Position numbers and translations under genes: made by a program. The notes under the pieces are model-generated. The model did not search any database. It had not been told where the DNA came from and was given only the letters and a program-made list of their open reading frames with translations. Shown piece after piece: positions 17,668 to 26,462 of a stretch of DNA of 33,723 nt (the first letter of the stretch is position 1; every line of letters starts with the position of its first letter). This DNA is from Burkholderiaceae bacterium. Its GTDB lineage: Bacteria; Pseudomonadota; Gammaproteobacteria; Burkholderiales; Burkholderiaceae. The DNA lies in NCBI GenBank assembly GCA_947457745.1, contig CANGWT010000001.1, forward strand, positions 1 to 33,723. Reading direction: 5' to 3'.

Positions 17668-19110
17668 ATGCGTTACCAATCTACTCGGGGCAATAGCCCA
17701 CAGCAATCCTTTTTAGAAATTCTGCTTGGCGGATTAGCGCCAGACGGCGGCTTGTATCTGCCGACAGAGTATCCACAAGTTACTAAAGCGCAGTTAGATG
17801 CTTGGCGTGGCATGTCCTATGCTGATCTCGCTTATGAAGTCTTAAGTCTTTATTGCGACGATATTCCTGAGGTAGATCTGCGTGCTCTATTGCGTAAAAC
17901 CTATACAGAGCAGGTCTACTGTAATGGCCGCACTGAAGATAATGCTAAAGACATCACGCCATTGCATTGGTTGGGTGAAGAGCAGGGTACGCGTATTGGT
18001 TTGCTCAGCTTGTCTAATGGACCTACATTGGCATTTAAAGATATGGCGATGCAGTTACTCGGCAACCTTTTTGAATACGCCTTAAAGAAGAATGGTCAGA
18101 AGCTCAACATTTTGGGTGCGACATCCGGTGATACTGGAAGTGCTGCTGAATACGCAATGCGCGGCAAAGAGGGTGTAAAGGTATTTATGCTTTCACCACG
18201 TGGCAAGATGAGTTCATTCCAGTCTGCCCAAATGTATTCTCTGCAGGACCCAAACATCTTTAACTTGGCAGTTGCTGGCGTATTCGATGATTGCCAAGAT
18301 ATCGTAAAGGCAGTGAGTAATGACCATAGCTTTAAAGCGAATCACCAAATTGGTACAGTCAATTCTATTAACTGGGGTCGTGTAGTTGCTCAGGTGGTGT
18401 ATTACTTCCAGGGCTATTTACTGGCTACAAAATCTAGCGATGAAAAAGTGTCGTTCACTGTGCCCTCAGGTAACTTTGGCAATATCTGTGCCGGTCACAT
18501 TGCCCGCATGATGGGTTTGCCAATCTCACATTTGATTGCAGCTACGAACGAAAACGATGTGCTCGACGAGTTCTTCCGCACTGGTATCTATCGTGCACGT
18601 AAGTCTGCTGAAACTTTGCATACCTCTAGCCCATCTATGGATATTTCTAAGGCGAGCAACTTTGAGCGCTTTGTATTTGATTTCATGGGTAAGGACGGTA
18701 AGGCAACTGCTGACATGTTTAAGCAAGTGGATGAGGCAGGCGGCTTTGATATTTCTAGAGACGCCGTCTTTAAGGAAATTGCGCAGTATGGATTTCAATC
18801 TGGCCGCAGTACCCATGAAAATCGTCTAGAAACGATTCGTAATATTGATGCGCAGTATGGTGTGATGATTGATACGCATACGGCGGATGGTGTGAAGGTT
18901 GCGCGCGAACACTTGCAGGCAGACATTCCCATGATTGTTTTGGAAACTGCTTTGCCTATTAAGTTTGAAGAAACGATTGAAGTAGCATTAGGGCGCCCAG
19001 CAGAATGCCCACCAGCATTTAAAGATATCAAGTCAAGGCCACAGCGCGTTGAAAATATCGATGCCGATGTCAATCAAGTTAAAAACTTCATTACTGCCCA
19101 CACCAACTAA
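17668..19110 (+). CDS. thrC: Threonine synthase
   Basis: MRYQSTRG, GLAPDGGL, GPTLAFKD (PLP Lys), ATSGDTG, NSINWGR and PSGNFG. Confidence 0.97.
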   Translation: MRYQSTRGNSPQQSFLEILLGGLAPDGGLYLPTEYPQVTKAQLDAWRGMSYADLAYEVLSLYCDDIPEVDLRALLRKTYTEQVYCNGRTEDNAKDITPLHWLGEEQGTRIGLLSLSNGPTLAFKDMAMQLLGNLFEYALKKNGQKLNILGATSGDTGSAAEYAMRGKEGVKVFMLSPRGKMSSFQSAQMYSLQDPNIFNLAVAGVFDDCQDIVKAVSNDHSFKANHQIGTVNSINWGRVVAQVVYYFQGYLLATKSSDEKVSFTVPSGNFGNICAGHIARMMGLPISHLIAATNENDVLDEFFRTGIYRARKSAETLHTSSPSMDISKASNFERFVFDFMGKDGKATADMFKQVDEAGGFDISRDAVFKEIAQYGFQSGRSTHENRLETIRNIDAQYGVMIDTHTADGVKVAREHLQADIPMIVLETALPIKFEETIEVALGRPAECPPAFKDIKSRPQRVENIDADVNQVKNFITAHTN

Positions 19111-19127
19111 CTTAGAAATCAATTGCC

Positions 19128-20381
19128 ATGACTAAGCCTCCGATGTTGACTGCTCAGCAGGCTTTGGATCACTTGCTTTCTCACGCAAAGCCTGTGATCG
19201 AAACTGAAACACTTGCGATGCAAGTTGCTTTAGGACGTGTGCTTGCACAGAGTGTCGATAGCCTTGTAGACGTACCTCCACTCGATAACACCTCAATGGA
19301 TGGTTATGCTGTGCGTACTACGGATACCAATACTCCAGGCCAAACACTCAAAATTGCGCAACGCATTCCGGCGGGATCCATGGGAACTCAGCTCGAGCCA
19401 GGCACTGCTGCCAGAATCTTCACGGGTGCGCCAGTCCCTCCGGGTGCAGATGCCGTTGTAATGCAAGAAGACTGCTCGACTCCAGAAGGGGCAAGCGACC
19501 AGGTGCAAGTCAATATCGCACCAACATCAGGTCAATGGATTCGTCGCAGAGGCGAGGATCTGACTTCAGGCAAAACAGCCCTTACTGCAGGTACTTTTCT
19601 GCGCCCACAAGAATTAGGTGTTGCAGCGTCTGCCGGCTTAACGCATTTGACTGTAAAGCGTAAAGTGAGAGTCGCTGCATTTTTCACTGGTGATGAGCTG
19701 TCCCTGCCAGGTGAGCCACTCAAGCCGGGCGGCATTTACAACTCCAATCGCGACACGCTATTGGCGTGCATCAAATCTTTAGGTTGCGATGCCACTGACT
19801 TTGGAATTGTTCCTGACAGTCTTGATGCCACTAAAGAAACGCTTCGGAAAGCCAGTAAAGATCATGATCTGATTATCACTTCTGGTGGTGTATCTGTTGG
19901 CGAGGAAGATCACATTAAGCCAGCAGTTACCGCTGAAGGTAGGCTGGATCTCTGGCAGATCGCCATTAAGCCGGGTAAGCCTTTGGCTTTTGGTGCTGTC
20001 CGTAAATCAGGTGATGTAAAGAGTTATGCAACCGAAGCTGAAACTTGGTTTATCGGTTTACCTGGTAACCCAGTATCGAGTTTTGTGACTTTTCTATTAT
20101 TTGTACGCCCATTCATTTTGAGGTTACAAGGGCGAGATGTAGGTTTGCCGCAGTCTTACCCCATGCGCGCTGACTTTGATTGGCTTAAGGCTGATCGTCG
20201 TAACGAATTTCTGAGGGTCAAGATCAATGCGCAGGGTGGTTTGGATCTCTTCCCCAATCAAAGCTCAGGGGTACTTACTAGCGCCTCTTGGGGGGATGGC
20301 TTAGTAGATTGTCCGCCGGGAGAAGTATTTAAGTCTGGCGATATAGTGAAGTACATTCCATTTAGTGCACTTCTTTCCTAG
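19128..20381 (+). CDS. moeA: Molybdopterin molybdotransferase MoeA
   Basis: SMDGYA, RIFTGAP.P.GADAV.MQE, TGDEL, SGGVS.GE.D, KPGKP and GLPGNPVS. Confidence 0.96.
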   Translation: MTKPPMLTAQQALDHLLSHAKPVIETETLAMQVALGRVLAQSVDSLVDVPPLDNTSMDGYAVRTTDTNTPGQTLKIAQRIPAGSMGTQLEPGTAARIFTGAPVPPGADAVVMQEDCSTPEGASDQVQVNIAPTSGQWIRRRGEDLTSGKTALTAGTFLRPQELGVAASAGLTHLTVKRKVRVAAFFTGDELSLPGEPLKPGGIYNSNRDTLLACIKSLGCDATDFGIVPDSLDATKETLRKASKDHDLIITSGGVSVGEEDHIKPAVTAEGRLDLWQIAIKPGKPLAFGAVRKSGDVKSYATEAETWFIGLPGNPVSSFVTFLLFVRPFILRLQGRDVGLPQSYPMRADFDWLKADRRNEFLRVKINAQGGLDLFPNQSSGVLTSASWGDGLVDCPPGEVFKSGDIVKYIPFSALLS

Positions 20382-20399
20382 TCGTATTAGGATTCTGAT

Positions 20400-20657
20400 A
20401 TGAAACTCGAATTACGATTCTTTGCGTCCCTAAGAGAAGGCCTTGGACTTTCTGGCGAGAGTATTGAAACTCCACCGGAAGTAAAAACGATTGCTGACTT
20501 AAGAAACCATCTTATTCAGCGAGGCAATCCTTGGGCCGAAGTATTGGCAAGCGGCAAAGTGATTCGTTGCGCATTAAATCAAGAGATGGTGCGTGACTCT
20601 ACTCTTCTGGTGGAGGGGGCCGAAGTCGCTTTCTTTCCTCCGGTTACTGGTGGCTAA
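20400..20657 (+). CDS. moaD: Molybdopterin synthase sulfur carrier subunit
   Basis: FFASLRE N-terminus and EVAFFPPVTGG C-terminal diglycine. Confidence 0.96.
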   Translation: MKLELRFFASLREGLGLSGESIETPPEVKTIADLRNHLIQRGNPWAEVLASGKVIRCALNQEMVRDSTLLVEGAEVAFFPPVTGG

Positions 20658-20658
20658 G

Positions 20659-21117
20659 ATGCAGAATGATTTCATCCGCATTCAAGAGGCCGACTTTGAT
20701 CTAACAATCGAGGTAAAGGCACTGCGCAAGGATGATCCCCGTGTAGGTGCGGTAGTGACTTTCGTGGGTACCGTTCGGGATATAAATGATGGCAGTCAAG
20801 TTCAGGGTATGACACTAGAGCACTATCCTGGTATGACGGAAAAATCCTTAGAAGAAATCATCTTACAAGCTAGAAGCCGCTGGGATCTTTATAAGACGCT
20901 AGTCATCCATCGAGTGGGACCGCTTTTACCTGAAGATCAAATTGTTTTAGTGGCAGTCACCAGTGCTCACAGAGGTGAAGCATTTGCTGCTTGTGAGTTC
21001 ATCATGGACTACTTAAAAACAGCAGCACCATTTTGGAAAAAAGAAGAAACTCCGACAGGTAGCAAGTGGGTTGATGCTCGAGTGACTGATGATGCTGCAA
21101 TGGCACGCTGGAGTTAA
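20659..21117 (+). CDS. moaE: Molybdopterin synthase catalytic subunit
   Basis: GAVVTFVG.VR, LEHYPGM, HRVG, HR.EAF and LKT.APFWKKE; ATG 1 nt after the moaD stop. Confidence 0.96.
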   Translation: MQNDFIRIQEADFDLTIEVKALRKDDPRVGAVVTFVGTVRDINDGSQVQGMTLEHYPGMTEKSLEEIILQARSRWDLYKTLVIHRVGPLLPEDQIVLVAVTSAHRGEAFAACEFIMDYLKTAAPFWKKEETPTGSKWVDARVTDDAAMARWS

Positions 21118-21125
21118 TTTAGTTT

Positions 21126-22115
21126 TTATATCTGCTTGAGCGCTAAAGCTAGATTAAAACCGCTGAGCCAAGCACCTTCGACTCTGCCGCCATTAAGCCA
21201 GTCTCCGCAAAGTCCCAGCCCGACGTCTTGTAGCATAAGAAAGCCAATTGAATTTTCTAAACCCCCACTGGCATAGCGCCAGCGGTGCATGCTGATATCA
21301 GCATCCTCACAGTTAAAGCCCAATGCTGTCAGGCACTGCACCATTTGGTCTTGAGCATCCTCTTTGCTTAACTCAACATTGTTTTGACTCCAGTTAGGAC
21401 TACCATGAATGGTCCACGTGTTTCCCTTGCGCATTGGCTTTGATCCGTTTTGGCAAATCCAGCTAATGATTTCTTGGTTGATAAATGCTGCATCAAAATC
21501 TATATTCAACTGATTCGGAAAATTCGCCATCATGGTCCAGCAGGCCTTCATCTGTGCCGAGTTTGCAATATCAGAAGCCCTCACATCAACGCTCCGGAGC
21601 AAGGCGCTTGCCTGAGGAGTGGGCATTGCCAATACAACAAAATCGTATTGCGTTGCAATTTCATTGGCTTCATTGCACTGTAGATACCATTTTTCATCCT
21701 TTCGCCCCAGCTTGGAGATGGTTCTGTCATATTGAATGGAAAGGTTCTCAGCAAGATGCTTGCCTGGCGAGTTCATGTGGGGGGTACCAACATAGCGAAT
21801 ATCTTGTGAGTGACTTTCACGCCATGTCTTACCCTCATATACCTTGAGTTTCGGTTTCCAAGTAGCAGCAGTGCCGGCCTGTATCCAACTTTGTACTTCT
21901 TGAATAAATCGTGGATCTCTGGCAGTAAAGTACTGAGCGCCATGATCAGCAGACCAGTCTTGCGTGCGACGGGTACTCATGCGTCCGCCAGGACCGCGAC
22001 TCTTTTCAAAGATATCTACTGATATACCGTGTGACTGTAGTTCCCTCGCACAAGCGAGGCCTGCAATTCCTGCGCCAATCATCGCTACCTTATTAATTGC
22101 TTTGGTGCTGTTCAT
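21126..22115 (-). CDS. Renalase-like FAD/NAD(P)-dependent oxidoreductase
   Basis: GAGIAG, EKSRGPGGRMSTRR, DHGAQYFTA, RWRYA and CGDW..GGRVEGAWLSG. Confidence 0.88.
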   Translation of the reverse strand: MNSTKAINKVAMIGAGIAGLACARELQSHGISVDIFEKSRGPGGRMSTRRTQDWSADHGAQYFTARDPRFIQEVQSWIQAGTAATWKPKLKVYEGKTWRESHSQDIRYVGTPHMNSPGKHLAENLSIQYDRTISKLGRKDEKWYLQCNEANEIATQYDFVVLAMPTPQASALLRSVDVRASDIANSAQMKACWTMMANFPNQLNIDFDAAFINQEIISWICQNGSKPMRKGNTWTIHGSPNWSQNNVELSKEDAQDQMVQCLTALGFNCEDADISMHRWRYASGGLENSIGFLMLQDVGLGLCGDWLNGGRVEGAWLSGFNLALALKQI

Positions 22116-22735
22116 GTTCTGGGGAGTATTTTGCGAAAGGTGAGATTGATTCGTGGATTCATCACAGTCTTAGTTTTGAGAAGACTGTGATGCCAGTGAT
22201 CTTGAACAGGAGCGTGCATGATGAGAAGGCTGCCGTGTTCAAGAAATACCGACACTGTCGTTTTATCCTGCTTATGACGAAATGCAAATTTACGTCGAGC
22301 ACCCAAGCTGATTGATGCGATCGGGGTTGCGCTATCCAACTCTTTTTCATTATCACTATGCCAACCCATACCTTCATCACCATTGTGGTAAAGGTTGAGT
22401 AGGCAAGAGTTATAGCTATAGCCCATCCTTTCTTCAAGTTGATACTTGATTTGAAGCAACTCTTCCGTCCAGCCCTGAGGAATTTTTTCGATACCCGAGT
22501 AGGTATAGCGGTATTGGGGGTCTCCCACCCAGGCAACTTTTCTCGTGGTTGTTACTAACTTACCAAACATATTAATTTGGTCTGCTTTCCAAACAAGGGA
22601 GTGCAGCAAGCTTTCAAAAAAATGATCGGATTCATCTGCTTTGTAAAAATGACTGAAATACTCAGCCCGACCATCCTTCTCCAATAGATGGATTGGATTG
22701 GACGATTCTGGAGAGTCAAATAAGGAGTTTTGCAT
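22112..22735 (-). CDS. AlkB-family 2OG-Fe(II) dioxygenase (ALKBH2/3-like)
   Basis: LLNLY..G...GWHSD (HxD), SISLGA.R.F, distal His in WHHSL, RINLTFR; ATGA overlap with the renalase-like gene. Confidence 0.9.
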   Translation of the reverse strand: MQNSLFDSPESSNPIHLLEKDGRAEYFSHFYKADESDHFFESLLHSLVWKADQINMFGKLVTTTRKVAWVGDPQYRYTYSGIEKIPQGWTEELLQIKYQLEERMGYSYNSCLLNLYHNGDEGMGWHSDNEKELDSATPIASISLGARRKFAFRHKQDKTTVSVFLEHGSLLIMHAPVQDHWHHSLLKTKTVMNPRINLTFRKILPRT

Positions 22736-22826
22736 TTTTTACTAATCAAGCGAGGGTCGCACATTATTTCAATAAAAACCCTAGAATAGACTGCATTATG
22801 AATTGTTCAGGACTAAGAGGTTGATT

Positions 22827-23012
22827 ATGAAAGCACCCGATAAACGTTGCTGCGGCTCAGGGGTTTGCATTATTAATGAGACAGGGGAATGCTGGTGTGG
22901 CCAAGTATGGGATGGCGAGAAAATGAGTGCGCCACCTCTCATGTCAGCAAAAATCCAACCCACCGACTCCGAATCTATAAATCCCAAACCCGAATCCCAG
23001 GACCCTATTTAA
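22827..23012 (+). CDS. Small Cys-rich hypothetical protein (61 aa)
   Basis: AGAGG RBS before the ATG at 22827; CCGSGVC...CWC motif; fills an otherwise empty gap. Confidence 0.65.
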   Translation: MKAPDKRCCGSGVCIINETGECWCGQVWDGEKMSAPPLMSAKIQPTDSESINPKPESQDPI

Positions 23013-23047
23013 TATTAGTTTGACTAGCGGACTGTTCTACTACCTTC

Positions 23048-23917
23048 TTATTTAGTGGCTCCGTAGACTCTACGGAGCGAGTGAGCAGCTACACCATCTT
23101 TCAGCGCCTCCCTCACGGGAATTGCCATCAGTCGAATAGCAGATTGCATGGCTAGTCGCTCCAGTCGGCTTGGTTGTGGCCGTTGAATAATCGGGTATGC
23201 CCAATCAGGTAAATTCAGAAAGCCTGCCCGACTGATCATACTTACAAAAGGTTTAGCGGTGAGATTACTGGGAAAGTTATCTAGCATCCCGATAATGCTT
23301 TTAGCTCTCTCCCCGTAGTGAAGTTGGGGGATGTATTGCCTAATAGCTTGCTCCGTACCTACATAGGTATCAGGTAGATCAATCGCTCCTAATTTCTCCC
23401 CGAGCATTTTCATTTCTGCAAAATACTGATCCTTTTGCTTTGTGCTAAGAGCTTCGCTTCGGTATGGCTCATAAGAGCACATAAAACTCCGGGCTTCTGT
23501 TAAGTGAACCCATGCGAGTAGTTCTGGATCATCCGCCCTATAGGGTTGATTAAATTCATCAAGCCCGGTGACCTTTTGATGAATTAGATTAACGCGGTTG
23601 ATAGCCTTATTCGCCATATCATGCGAGCCGTAGGTAGTTGCGGCAATGAAGAACGCTGTTCTTCCTAGCCTGCCTTTAAGGTCTTGCCTGAAGCTGGAAT
23701 GATCCCATACGCCAGCAAGCGCTTTTGGGTGAAGGGCTTGCAGTACCAGCGAGCTAATGCCACCGATCATCATAGAAATAAAATCTGCATGCACCTTCCA
23801 TGCGACAGACTCTGGACCAAACAAACCCCTATCACCTACAGGTTCAAGAAATGCTACAGGCGGACCGCCACCTCCGACCATTTCTCGAATTGACCGACGA
23901 ATGAGTTCATCAATCAT
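23048..23917 (-). CDS. Oxygenase MpaB-family / DUF2236 protein (Lcp rubber-oxygenase-like)
   Basis: GLFGP.S..W.VH, QALHP..AGV.DHS, GRL.RT, H..V.G and Y.A.DP.LL.WVH. Confidence 0.82.
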   Translation of the reverse strand: MIDELIRRSIREMVGGGGPPVAFLEPVGDRGLFGPESVAWKVHADFISMMIGGISSLVLQALHPKALAGVWDHSSFRQDLKGRLGRTAFFIAATTYGSHDMANKAINRVNLIHQKVTGLDEFNQPYRADDPELLAWVHLTEARSFMCSYEPYRSEALSTKQKDQYFAEMKMLGEKLGAIDLPDTYVGTEQAIRQYIPQLHYGERAKSIIGMLDNFPSNLTAKPFVSMISRAGFLNLPDWAYPIIQRPQPSRLERLAMQSAIRLMAIPVREALKDGVAAHSLRRVYGATK

Positions 23918-23921
23918 CTTG

Positions 23922-24569
23922 CTAATGAATTACGATATTGCGTAAGCCGTCATCCTCAATGATTTCTGAAATTAAATCGAGCCGGATTCTGGGATTGCTT
24001 TGGGCAAGTAAGTGGTTCTTTTGGGCTGGGGGGAGTGGCAAGAGCTCAGCCAATCGGTTGGACACCCAACCGCAATCATCTTGGTTCATTGGCATTTTGA
24101 ACGCATCTTTACCCAGTAAATCCTCGCTTTTAATCACAGAAATAATCTCATTCAAAAGCGAGGCTACCTTCTCATGCTCTTTTGCTAATGGTATTTCTGG
24201 GTCGGCATCCATGAGTTCAACTTGACCCATCCATAAGCCATTAGGCTCTTGGTTGATGTTTAGCACTTTAAAACGTTGCGTTCCATAAGACTTAGTCATA
24301 TAAAGCGCAGGTTGAATCGGATCAAACTCTTCCAATTTTGCTAAGGTGCCAATATTTGAAAAGTTAGCAACTGCGTCGGCATTTGACTCAATTGGATTGT
24401 GATCGAGAATGGTGATAACCCCAAAAGGAGTATCTTCTCGCAGGCAACGCTTCATCATGTCTAAATAACGTGCCTCAAAGATTTTGAGGGCAATTACGCC
24501 GCCTGGAAAGAGGGTAGTCCCCAAAGGGAAAAGCGGGATCCAGCGGGTTGTCAAAGAGGGTGTTGTCAT
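23922..24569 (-). CDS. Stand-alone Lon peptidase N-terminal substrate-binding domain protein
   Basis: PLFPL..LFPG...LKIFEARYLDM, G.QRF and W..NRLAELLP; no AAA+ or protease domain. Confidence 0.88.
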   Translation of the reverse strand: MTTPSLTTRWIPLFPLGTTLFPGGVIALKIFEARYLDMMKRCLREDTPFGVITILDHNPIESNADAVANFSNIGTLAKLEEFDPIQPALYMTKSYGTQRFKVLNINQEPNGLWMGQVELMDADPEIPLAKEHEKVASLLNEIISVIKSEDLLGKDAFKMPMNQDDCGWVSNRLAELLPLPPAQKNHLLAQSNPRIRLDLISEIIEDDGLRNIVIH

Positions 24570-24681
24570 GTGTTTAATTTAAAGGATTTGCGTTTAGTTT
24601 GCTGAGCAGTCGAAACGGCGCCGTGTTCAGCAGTAATCCTGGATTTCGGCCAAAATATGAAGTACTCATAGGAGAATAAAA

Positions 24682-24834
24682 ATGATGCAAAAGTTACGGG
24701 TTAAGCTCGCACGCTGGATTTTGGGAAAACATTGTCCTTGTTACCAAATGGGCTACCACACCATGGTTGATTTTCAGCAGCGCAGTGCAGATCAGCTGGA
24801 AAAGGCTAAACAAGCTCAATCTGCTAAGTACTAG
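24682..24834 (+). CDS. Small hypothetical protein (50 aa; absent from the ORF track)
   Basis: Strong RBS AGGAG 8 nt upstream; MMQKLRVKLARWILGKHCPCYQMGYHTMVDFQQRSADQLEKAKQAQSAKY; ends 32 nt before the DUF2244 gene. Confidence 0.65.
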   Translation: MMQKLRVKLARWILGKHCPCYQMGYHTMVDFQQRSADQLEKAKQAQSAKY

Positions 24835-24866
24835 ACTGCAAGCCTGACTCAGACTTACATCGAATA

Positions 24867-25295
24867 ATGAAAATCTGGAAGATGAGGCGAAATTGCGCAT
24901 TGACTCCGGGTCAATTGCTCAAGTTCTATATCGCCTTGGTTTGCCTTTCATTCACTGTTGCTACTGGTTTTTTATTGGCTGGCGTAAAAATTATCCTGAT
25001 CTTTACTGCAATAGAGTTGACCGCAGTCACCGCTGGCTTTTTGATCTATTGCCGACATGCTTTGGATTATGAGGAGATTGAAATCATCGGCACCCGCTTG
25101 TTGGTCAGGAAATTTATTGCTTACAAAGAGTCGGTAACTGAATTTAATACTCGCTGGGTCAGACTGTCGTATACAGAAGAGCATCAGAAGGTTTTGTTGA
25201 TAGAGCAGACAGGTCAGAGGGTTGAAATTGGCCAGTTTCTGAGACGCGATCAATTTAAAAATCTGATTGCTGAGCTCAGACCTTACTTGGGTTGA
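24867..25295 (+). CDS. DUF2244-family membrane protein
   Basis: W.MRRNCALTP, two TM helices, Y.RHA.DYE.I, FN..WVR and VEIG.FL. Confidence 0.82.
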   Translation: MKIWKMRRNCALTPGQLLKFYIALVCLSFTVATGFLLAGVKIILIFTAIELTAVTAGFLIYCRHALDYEEIEIIGTRLLVRKFIAYKESVTEFNTRWVRLSYTEEHQKVLLIEQTGQRVEIGQFLRRDQFKNLIAELRPYLG

Positions 25296-25394
25296 CTACA
25301 ACCATAAGTTCAAAAGGGTTAAAGCTTGGCACTCTGCAGAAATATGGATTCAACTCGATACTTTACTTAATTCAATACATTTGTTAAATCCATC

Positions 25395-25961
25395 ATGAAC
25401 GTTAATACCGCAGTAAAAGCCGCCCTCAATACCTTGGTTGATATTGCATCCCATTCCAACGGTGTTCAGCCTGTTACTGGCTTAGAGCTGGCGCAGCGCC
25501 AAAAATTATCAGTGAGCAGAATCGAGCTGTTACTCAGCGCATTACGTGCAGCTGGAATCGTGAAGGGTACAAAAGGTCGCAATGGGGGTTACACACTACT
25601 GCAGGATCCCTGCATGGTCACGATTAAAGATGTGGTCCTGGCAATGAATTACATCAAAAAGCGCAAAGTTGAGGCTTGCGATATCGCTAGTGAGCTTTAC
25701 CAATCCTTGGAGACGTATATGCTCAGCTGCATGGCCAATGTGAGCCTCTCTGATGCCATCAAAGATTATGTGCCGCGATTTAGCGAAGCTAAAACTGCTC
25801 CCGAGCGTCAGGCTTTTGTTTATTCCGACTTCAGAGCTGAAAAGCCATCCAAAGGGGAGGTGCAGAGAGTAATCAAGGCGCCATTTAAGAAGGTGGAGGA
25901 TGTACCTTTGGGACCGAACTCCATTTTTAGTTTTGGTGACTACCTTCACAAATCAAGATAA
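25395..25961 (+). CDS. Rrf2-family transcriptional regulator (degenerate IscR-like)
   Basis: wHTH LA.RQ.LS.S.IE.LL..LR.AGIV...KGRNGGY.L; C-terminal PNSIF.FG. Confidence 0.85.
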   Translation: MNVNTAVKAALNTLVDIASHSNGVQPVTGLELAQRQKLSVSRIELLLSALRAAGIVKGTKGRNGGYTLLQDPCMVTIKDVVLAMNYIKKRKVEACDIASELYQSLETYMLSCMANVSLSDAIKDYVPRFSEAKTAPERQAFVYSDFRAEKPSKGEVQRVIKAPFKKVEDVPLGPNSIFSFGDYLHKSR

Positions 25962-25975
25962 CAACAAGGATCTTC

Positions 25976-26449
25976 ATGATGCAGGTAATCAAATGGAATT
26001 TCGCTAGCAAACTATTGGCATCTATTTTGCTGGCAACGGCACCATGGCTAGTTTCTTTGGCTGCTGATAGCACCCCAACTAAATCTGACCCAGCTTGGCT
26101 AACGGATGCCCGCGCCAGCATCAAATCCAATAATTATGAGCAAGCATTAAAGCAATTACAGTCTGCAAACGAAATCAACTCTGCAGACTGGAACAATCTG
26201 ATGGGATACAGTCTGCGCAAAAAGCAGCCACCAGATTTGGTTTTATCTGAAAAATATTACCAGGCAGCGCTGAAGATTGACCCCAGTCATAGATCGGCTT
26301 TGGAATACTACGGCGAGCTGCTTTTGATGAAGAAGGACTTGCCTGGAGCAGAGGCAATGTTGGCAAGACTTAACAAGGCTTGCTTGTTTGGTTGCGAAGA
26401 GTACAGCGACCTCAAAGATAGTATTACCAAGTATCAAGGTAAAAAGTAA
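25976..26449 (+). CDS. Secreted TPR-repeat protein
   Basis: Signal peptide ending ..SLAA; TPR-like segments WNNLMGYSLRK and YYQAALKIDP.H.SALEYYGEL; C-terminal CLFGC. Confidence 0.8.
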   Translation: MMQVIKWNFASKLLASILLATAPWLVSLAADSTPTKSDPAWLTDARASIKSNNYEQALKQLQSANEINSADWNNLMGYSLRKKQPPDLVLSEKYYQAALKIDPSHRSALEYYGELLLMKKDLPGAEAMLARLNKACLFGCEEYSDLKDSITKYQGKK

Positions 26450-26462
26450 TTCTTCAGCCCTC

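Noticed and set aside
16348-19110. hom-thrC without thrB
   Set aside because: Usual arrangement in Betaproteobacteria, where thrB is encoded elsewhere
20593-20658. Extended ORF-track starts for moaE (20593), phoH (7126), the exonuclease (26388), the repeat protein (4803) and the Cys-rich ORF (22803)
   Set aside because: They overlap upstream genes or lack an RBS; the downstream ATGs fit better
24600-24640. GCTGAG motif suggestive of a TPP riboswitch
   Set aside because: Lacks the CCUGAU/GCG-AGGGA core, and no thiamine genes are nearby
25165-25177. CTGT-N5-ACAG inside the DUF2244 gene
   Set aside because: Wrong spacing for an SOS box and intragenic
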